Source: a virus (Duplodnaviria; Caudoviricetes). Taken from it: a DNA stretch of 38,639 nt. The number at the start of each line of letters is the position of its first letter. Position 1 is the first letter of the stretch. The notes beneath the pieces are model-generated. The model ran no database searches. It saw only the letters and a list, made by a program, of their open reading frames with translations, and was not told the DNA's origin. The translations under genes and the position numbers were made by a program. Of the stretch, positions 33,175 through 38,639 are shown piece by piece. Location of the stretch: positions 1 to 38,639 of IMG/VR virus record IMGVR_UViG_3300031520_000012, one strand, 5' to 3'.

Positions 33175-35118
33175 TCAGTCGTCGCCGTCCTCCCGCGCCA
33201 GCCGCTCCGCTCGCGCCATCGCGCCGAAGCGCAGCAGCAGCCGTTCGCTCTCGGGCACCTCGTCCTCGTCGAGCTTGCGAGCGGTGGCTCCGAAAATGGG
33301 CCGGATCAGATTGGTCTCGGGGCGGCGGGGCGCGGCCTCGGGCTCGATCTTGTCGAGCATGTCGGCCACCGCCTCGATCCCCATGCGACGCTCGGCCTGC
33401 ATCGCCTCGCGGGTCGCCCGCATCCAGCTCCGCCGCGCTTGCGCGTGCTGTCGTGCGGCCTCGACGTCGCGGAATCCGACCGGCGCGACGCAGGCAGCGG
33501 CGCCGATGTAGTCGCCGGCCGTCGTGTAGAGATGGACGTCGTCGTGCAGCGCGTCGGGATCGAACCGCACCACGATCCGCTCGCCGCGAAAGGCGTGCAG
33601 CGCGTCGTTCCAGTAGCGATTGCCTTCGAGCTCGACGCTGCCGTCGGTGCGATTGACGCGCACCGCCTCGGCCGCCATGAGCCAGAGCCGCTGCTGCTCG
33701 ACCGACGCGCGGCGCACCGGCCACAGCTTCATTGACGCCTCGAGCGCATCGGCGAACGAAAGCTTGCCCGCGCACACCGCCGACAACCGACCCGGCCGCT
33801 GATTGTGGGCCACGATCTCGCGGCCCACGACGCGCAGGAAATTGTCCAGCGGCACTGCCTTGGAGCCGTAATTCTCCGGTTTGGCGTCGGGCTTGTGCCC
33901 CACGTAGGCGCCCGCGAAGGCCGGGTGCTTGGCGATCCCGTGCGCGAAATCGCGGAACGCCCGCTCGATCGGCTTGGACTGGCCGTGGTAGGGCGTGGTC
34001 CAGTGCACCTCGATCTTGAGCTGCGGCAGCAGGCCGAGCGGATCTTCGTCGAGCACTTTGAAGCGGTAGCGGTTCGGCACCCCGCCGGTGATGCTCTTGG
34101 CCGCATTCTCGCGGCCGTTGTCCATGTAGCAATGGTCCGGCACGCCCCATTGCTCGACGACGTCGCCGATCGCCAGCCGCACCATTCCCTTGTGCAGCGT
34201 GCGGTCGACCCGCCACGCCAGGATCGCTCCCGAATACAGATCCTGCACGACGAGCATCTGCGGCCGATCGACCCGCCCGTCCGGCCAGCGCACCGCCAGG
34301 TCCCACCGATGCCCGTCGAGGTTGACCGCCTCGAGTGCACGCAACTGGCCACGGTCGCGCCGCTGTGCCGGATACAGTCTTTCAAGCGCCTCGCGCCCCT
34401 CGCGCGCCAGCGTCACCGACGCCCACGGCATCGCCTCGATCCGGCGGCCTATCGTGCGCTCGCTCGGGATCGCCCAGCCGTTGGTGGCCGCCAAGATCTC
34501 GAGGCGACGATAGCAGTCGGTGAGGTTGGGTTTCTCCGGCCGCAGATAGTCGGCCAGGAACACCTGCCAGGCCTCTTCGGCGACCTCGGCCTTGGTCGGC
34601 CGGCCCACATGCCGCGGCGCCAGCGCCGGCTGCCAATCGAGCGGCTCGACCCCGGCGACCAGCTCGCGCCAGCGATACAGGCTGGCCAGCGACACCCCCT
34701 GCTCGCGGGCCGTCAGTTGCGCCGCGGCCCGGTTCGGCACGCCGCTGCGCGCCAGCGTGTCCCACAGTTGCAAAGCCCGCTCCCGGTCCAGCGCTACCGC
34801 CTGCTTGCGTCCCGACAACTGTCCGAACCACGCCCAGGCCTCACGGCGCTCGGTCTCCTCGGGCGTGTCCTCGGCCTCGACCATGCCGTAATCGAGCGCG
34901 AGCTTCAGCCGTGCCGGCTCCGGCAGCACCACCCAGCGGAATTCGATCCCGCCGCCGCGCCCGTCGCGCGGCCGCCACCAAACCCCCTCTTTCTCCGGCT
35001 CGAGCCACCCGGCAGTGCGCGCCAGCGCGTCACAGCCCTGCCGGGTCTCGGGGAGCGCCGGCAGCGCCAGCGCTGCCATCTGCGTCGTCGTGAGCCACTG
35101 CAGCGCGTCGGGCAACAT
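33175..35118 (-). CDS. MuA-like DDE transposase
   Basis: N-terminal Mu HTH (W.T..Q.A.L.LP.LP.T), DYLRPEKP, DDE residues in LDGH.WD, YMDNG and KPIERAF, VRFDP..L. Confidence 0.97.
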   Translation of the reverse strand: MLPDALQWLTTTQMAALALPALPETRQGCDALARTAGWLEPEKEGVWWRPRDGRGGGIEFRWVVLPEPARLKLALDYGMVEAEDTPEETERREAWAWFGQLSGRKQAVALDRERALQLWDTLARSGVPNRAAAQLTAREQGVSLASLYRWRELVAGVEPLDWQPALAPRHVGRPTKAEVAEEAWQVFLADYLRPEKPNLTDCYRRLEILAATNGWAIPSERTIGRRIEAMPWASVTLAREGREALERLYPAQRRDRGQLRALEAVNLDGHRWDLAVRWPDGRVDRPQMLVVQDLYSGAILAWRVDRTLHKGMVRLAIGDVVEQWGVPDHCYMDNGRENAAKSITGGVPNRYRFKVLDEDPLGLLPQLKIEVHWTTPYHGQSKPIERAFRDFAHGIAKHPAFAGAYVGHKPDAKPENYGSKAVPLDNFLRVVGREIVAHNQRPGRLSAVCAGKLSFADALEASMKLWPVRRASVEQQRLWLMAAEAVRVNRTDGSVELEGNRYWNDALHAFRGERIVVRFDPDALHDDVHLYTTAGDYIGAAACVAPVGFRDVEAARQHAQARRSWMRATREAMQAERRMGIEAVADMLDKIEPEAAPRRPETNLIRPIFGATARKLDEDEVPESERLLLRFGAMARAERLAREDGDD

Positions 35119-35124
35119 CGCCGC

Positions 35125-35424
35125 TCAGCCCAACCGGACCCGCCGCCACCATAGTCGCAAACGCCCGGGGCGGCGGGGCGCCGGCCGCTCGCGCTCCATC
35201 GTCTCGACCCGGTCGGCCCAGCCGATGATCTGCCGCCCGAGGCAGCGCAAATCGGATTGCTGATCCTCGTCCAGATCGACGTATTCGCCCCGCGTCGTCC
35301 GGTCGACCAGCATCCGCCCGGCGTCGAGCATCTGCGATGACAAAGCTGGCGCCGGGTCCGGCTTGAACGCGTCCGGCAACCCCATCGTGATCACGCGTGG
35401 GGCGTAGTGGCGATGAGCGGTCAT
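35125..35424 (-). CDS. Hypothetical protein
   Basis: ATGA-coupled 99-aa ORF in the early operon. Confidence 0.65.
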   Translation of the reverse strand: MTAHRHYAPRVITMGLPDAFKPDPAPALSSQMLDAGRMLVDRTTRGEYVDLDEDQQSDLRCLGRQIIGWADRVETMERERPAPRRPGRLRLWWRRVRLG

Positions 35425-35738
35425 GCGGCGCTCTCCGCATCGAGTAACTGTTGCAGCCTGGCGCGATCATCCGCCGACAATCGCGCGACAAAATCCATTC
35501 GCTCCATCCACGACGACTGACGCCAGAATGAAATCATCCCACGCAGGCGATCTAATGCGCCGATCTGCGCCAATGCGCCGTCCCGATCCCCTGGCGACAT
35601 CAATTCGGTAATAAATCGGGCCCGGTCCTCGTAGCCGGCGGCCCTCCAAGCATCAAACAACGCCATGCGCCGACGCCACCCGGCCACTTCACGCTCACGG
35701 CTATCCGCCATAAAATCCCTAGCAGTGTCAGCATCCAT
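35421..35738 (-). CDS. Hypothetical protein
   Basis: TGATG-coupled 105-aa ORF; lower GC. Confidence 0.65.
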   Translation of the reverse strand: MDADTARDFMADSREREVAGWRRRMALFDAWRAAGYEDRARFITELMSPGDRDGALAQIGALDRLRGMISFWRQSSWMERMDFVARLSADDRARLQQLLDAESAA

Positions 35739-36535
35739 CAGCGGTTATCCTTCTGTATTTCGGACCAGAGCCAGCGCCGCTGCTTGGCGGGCAACCGGAG
35801 ATACTGGCTGAGCAACTTCGCCGCCGTTTCGGCGTGCCGGTCGGTAGGCAAATCAGCCACCCCACGCACACGCTTGATCGCCTGGGCAACGGTCTTCGGC
35901 CGGTCCGCGCTGTCACCGAACAGCAGCGCTAAGACTTGCGCCTGCCCGTCCGCCGGCAATTTGCCGAGCTGATCGAGCTGCTGGCCGTGGTTGGCAAGCC
36001 AGGTGCCGGTGATCAGATGCCGAACGCCCCGCGCTATTCGCTGATGTCGCAAGACAAAGCGCTTGATGCTGCGCTCATCGCAGCCGAGCCGCCGTGCCGT
36101 CTCCTTGGCGAAGCTCGGCGTGGCCAAGAGGACAAATTTGTCCCCTTGGTGGTCCCCGCCGTGTTTCGTCTCAGGATAACGCGCCTCGTAGATCGCCTTT
36201 TTCTCGGCGAGAAACGCGGCTCGGTCGAGCTCTGTAAGATCGTGCCGGGCGAGGTTCTCCTCGATCTCCCGCAATTTTGCCGCCAGCTCATCGCCATCGA
36301 ACACCACGACGCTGATGTCGCTCTCCCCGAGCGCTCGCATCGCCTCGATCCGGTGCGCGCCGGCCACCAGCACATACGGTTTTGCAGCGCCAGGCTGCAG
36401 TTTCCGCACCTCGATCGGCGTCATTTGCTTGTGGCGCGAAATGCTCTCAACCAGCATCTGCACGTAAGCCGGATCAATTCCCCTGAGCCGGTCACCCGTG
36501 TCGATATCGTTGACCGCCACCATTAGGGTGTTCAA
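35738..36535 (-). CDS. ParB N-terminal domain protein
   Basis: I....RLR..D...V..L..SI.....TPI.V, LVAGAHR.EA, EI.ENL.R..L..LDR, YPETKHGGD, HTH. Confidence 0.9.
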   Translation of the reverse strand: MNTLMVAVNDIDTGDRLRGIDPAYVQMLVESISRHKQMTPIEVRKLQPGAAKPYVLVAGAHRIEAMRALGESDISVVVFDGDELAAKLREIEENLARHDLTELDRAAFLAEKKAIYEARYPETKHGGDHQGDKFVLLATPSFAKETARRLGCDERSIKRFVLRHQRIARGVRHLITGTWLANHGQQLDQLGKLPADGQAQVLALLFGDSADRPKTVAQAIKRVRGVADLPTDRHAETAAKLLSQYLRLPAKQRRWLWSEIQKDNR

Positions 36536-36855
36536 GGCTGCCCCCCCGCATTACGGTGCGGAACTGTTTGGCTTTCGAGGTGACGCTGGCGGACATAACG
36601 CCGTTTCAAGGGCTTGCGCTGCTGATCGTACCGAGAGGGCCAGATCATCCAGGGCTGCCGTCGCAGGTGTTTCGCAATAAGCGCTTCAACCACCGGCCAG
36701 GGACGGCGAAGAGCGCCGCGAACACTGTCGGGGTGATAGCCCCAAGCGAGGGAGAGATCAGTGAGCGTTACGCCTGTCTTGCGGATGGCTGCCTTAACGT
36801 CTTCTGGATGCCAATCAGGAGTTGTTGCCACTTTTGACCTCGCGGACGTGGCCAT
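36532..36855 (-). CDS. ner: Ner-like DNA-binding protein
   Basis: WHPEDVKAAIRK.G.TL..LS...G.....V..AL.RP.P..E..IA..L...P..IWPSRY. Confidence 0.93.
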   Translation of the reverse strand: MATSARSKVATTPDWHPEDVKAAIRKTGVTLTDLSLAWGYHPDSVRGALRRPWPVVEALIAKHLRRQPWMIWPSRYDQQRKPLKRRYVRQRHLESQTVPHRNAGGQP

Positions 36856-36930
36856 AATTGGCCTCGCTCCGGTAAGACATAGCCAAATTTGGCCCCTCCT
36901 ACAAGTCGCTTATTGGCCTGTGAGTGGCCT
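36851..36930. promoter_or_regulatory. Divergent repressor/ner control region with candidate operators
   Basis: Palindrome GCCAAATTTGGC at 36882-36893, imperfect GCCATAATTGGC at 36851-36862, further TGGCC half-sites. Confidence 0.6.
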
Positions 36931-37731
36931 CTTTTGAGCGCCGAGGATGAACAAGACCTAAGTGCTGTCAGAACAGCGGACGAGGCAGCAGCGGCGAGGT
37001 TCTTTTCTGACCGTTTGCGGAAGGCTCTCGCCGGGAAAAACTTCGCTGATGTGGCTATCAAAAGCGGTATCGGTCGGCGATCGTTTACCCGCTACGTGAG
37101 TGGCGAGTTTCCGAAGGTGCCGGCGCTTATTGCGATCGCCGACGCGTGTGATGTCTCGGTAGAGTGGCTGGCGACTGGGCGAGAACCGAAAGCTGCGGCC
37201 GCGGGCACAACTTGGCTGGCAGGAACTAACCCAGCAGCCCCAGAGTTAACGGATGTGAACGCCGTTGCCCAAGGGCCGGCTGTGCCGCCGCCCGGCGGCC
37301 ATAGGCGACAATACGTCGCCATCCCCCGCTACAATATCCAGGCATCCGCGGGCGGGGGCGCTTTGGCGGAGCACGCCCAGGTGGTGGAGTATCTCGCCTT
37401 CGATGTCGACTTCCTGCGCACGCGTCTCGCTAGCGATCCGAAGCACCTGGTGCTCATCGAAGCGCGTGGCGACAGCATGGAACCGAGCATCCGCGACGGC
37501 GACATTCTCACCGTCGACATCAGTCCCGATCAGGCCGTCCAACACGGCCAGATCCACGTTGTCCGCGTCGCCGACGACCTGATCGTCAAGCGCCTCGAGC
37601 GCCGCCTCGACGGCGGCCTGATCGTCCACAGCGACAACCCCCGCTACGCCCCCGAAACCCTCGCCCGCGACCAGCTCGACACGCTACAGATCCTCGGCCG
37701 CGTCCTCCTCGTCACCACTCCACCGCGATAG
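36889..37731 (+). CDS. CI-like repressor (XRE HTH plus S24 peptidase domain); true start uncertain
   Basis: RLRKAL....A..SGI....F.RY..G..P....LIAIA....VSVEWLATG; ASAGGG; RGDSMEP.I.DGD; L.VKRL; SDNP.Y. Confidence 0.93.
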   Translation: MAPPTSRLLACEWPLLSAEDEQDLSAVRTADEAAAARFFSDRLRKALAGKNFADVAIKSGIGRRSFTRYVSGEFPKVPALIAIADACDVSVEWLATGREPKAAAAGTTWLAGTNPAAPELTDVNAVAQGPAVPPPGGHRRQYVAIPRYNIQASAGGGALAEHAQVVEYLAFDVDFLRTRLASDPKHLVLIEARGDSMEPSIRDGDILTVDISPDQAVQHGQIHVVRVADDLIVKRLERRLDGGLIVHSDNPRYAPETLARDQLDTLQILGRVLLVTTPPR

Positions 37732-37741
37732 GTAACTCTCA

Positions 37742-38309
37742 GTGCGCATCATCCTTCTAGCCGTTCTGCTCTTTGCTGAGGCCGCAAAAGCTGACCCTTC
37801 CTCGACAGAGGAACGCGTGCCGGTCGATCTCCTCTACCGTGTCGCTGGCGGCGTCTATATCAAGTTGGACGAGAGCAAGAGGATCCAGGTCTATGCAGAA
37901 CAGACGGTTCCTCTCGATGATGGGAGAACCCTTGTCAGAGTGGAGGGGGGCGGTTGGCGCGTTGAGCCGATCGAAGCTACGGAGATCAAGGAACTTAAGC
38001 CGATTGACTTGGCGGTTTACGGCGCAAACTACATGGGCCGTCGGATCAGGGTCTCCGGAACAAGAACGTCCGCCGCAAAATATAGATGGCGCAATGCTGG
38101 ACTTGCCAGGATCGTGGGCCAGCCTCGACTTCGCCGGGCTACCGCGCGATCTGGTAAAGCGGATGATAGAGACTTGCTCATCATTTGACACAATTGCGAA
38201 GAATTGCTCGCCTGAGATCGTAGGCACGGTGCAGCCAACAAGCACACGCAATCACTACGCGCTAAAGGACCTAACCGTCACCTGGCCGTCATCCCCGCGG
38301 ACACCCTGA
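37742..38309 (+). pseudogene. Exported hypothetical protein (signal peptide) with apparent +1 frameshift at 38077-38080
   Basis: MRIILLAVLLFAEAAKA signal peptide. Removing one A from the A4 run joins ORF 37742 to the tail of ORF 37773..38309 (SAANIDGAMLDLPG...). Confidence 0.6.
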
Positions 38310-38320
38310 AACTTCGTTGC

Positions 38321-38442
38321 AATTTATCTTGTAGGTTCTCTGCGACCCAAAACACGCCAATACACTGATCGGAATAGAAAGACCTCTATCGTGAGCAGAT
38401 CGTATTCTCTTGTAGGTTGGGCGACGAACCTACAAGAGAATA
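38321..38442. repeat. Three TCTTGTAGGTT sites (two direct, one inverted); candidate transposase end-binding sites
   Basis: Copies at 38327-38337 and 38408-38418, inverted copy at 38427-38437. 38403-38418 and 38427-38442 form a perfect 16-bp inverted repeat. Confidence 0.7.
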
Positions 38443-38639
38443 TTGGTCCGATCCGCAGCTCGAGGCGAGCATCACTGCCAAGGCTTGAGCCACGAACCCC
38501 AGCAACACCGGCCTAAGAGTCCATTTCGAATCGGATCTTCAACGGGCCAGCCGTCGTAGCAGGAGCACGCAGGAAGCGGCGTAGAGAAATGCTTCGACGC
38601 TCTCGATAGTGGCCTCGAAGTCCTTAGCCAGCCGCCGGT

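Larger units (their letters stand above)
1..38639 (-). mobile_element. Mu-like transposable (pro)phage, myovirus type; termini not determined
   Basis: Mu gene order: c/ner, A, B, gemA, mor/C, lysis, gp26-28, portal, F, G, I/Z, T, gp35-38, L, M, gp41, TMP, N, P, gp45-48, fibres. Nearly all genes are on the - strand with ATGA/TGATG coupling. Confidence 0.97.

Noticed and set aside
25032-34306. Long N-terminal extensions in the ORF track (MuB from 34306, terminase from 27341, also gp45 from 8531)
   Set aside because: They overlap genuine upstream genes in other frames; coupled starts or an RBS give shorter true genes.
410-35154. Many long + strand ORFs (e.g. 410..1999, 8514..11111, 10949..12754, 33805..35154)
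   Set aside because: Antisense shadows of GC-rich - strand genes; Arg/Ala/Pro-rich with no motifs.

Overview
Almost the whole window is one GC-rich, transposable Mu-like (pro)phage with a contractile tail. The host is probably an alphaproteobacterium (inference from gene repertoire and GC content). The phage reads right to left on the - strand: a divergent repressor/ner switch, ParB-like gene, MuA transposase, MuB, early accessory genes (LexA-like HTH, MazG-like, GemA, Mor/C activator), lysis genes, terminase, portal, MuF, G, protease I/scaffold, capsid, tail, baseplate, fibre genes and a very long collagen-like fibre. Neither terminus can be placed with certainty. The most interesting observations are: (1) a MuF head protein with a C-terminal PBECR-type RNase domain and no downstream immunity ORF, whose 3' end overlaps a ~97-nt potential multi-stem, kissing-loop RNA (candidate RNA antitoxin or partner); (2) a lipoprotein plus atypical papain-like protease cassette between terminase and portal; (3) three late promoters sharing a CCCTGC-N4-GCAGGG dyad and apparently producing leaderless mRNAs; (4) about 136-139 Gly-X-Y triplets in one fibre protein; (5) several recent tandem duplications in virion genes and three single-base frameshifts (sequencing error or decay). 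Family assignments come from motif recognition and gene order, not database searches.
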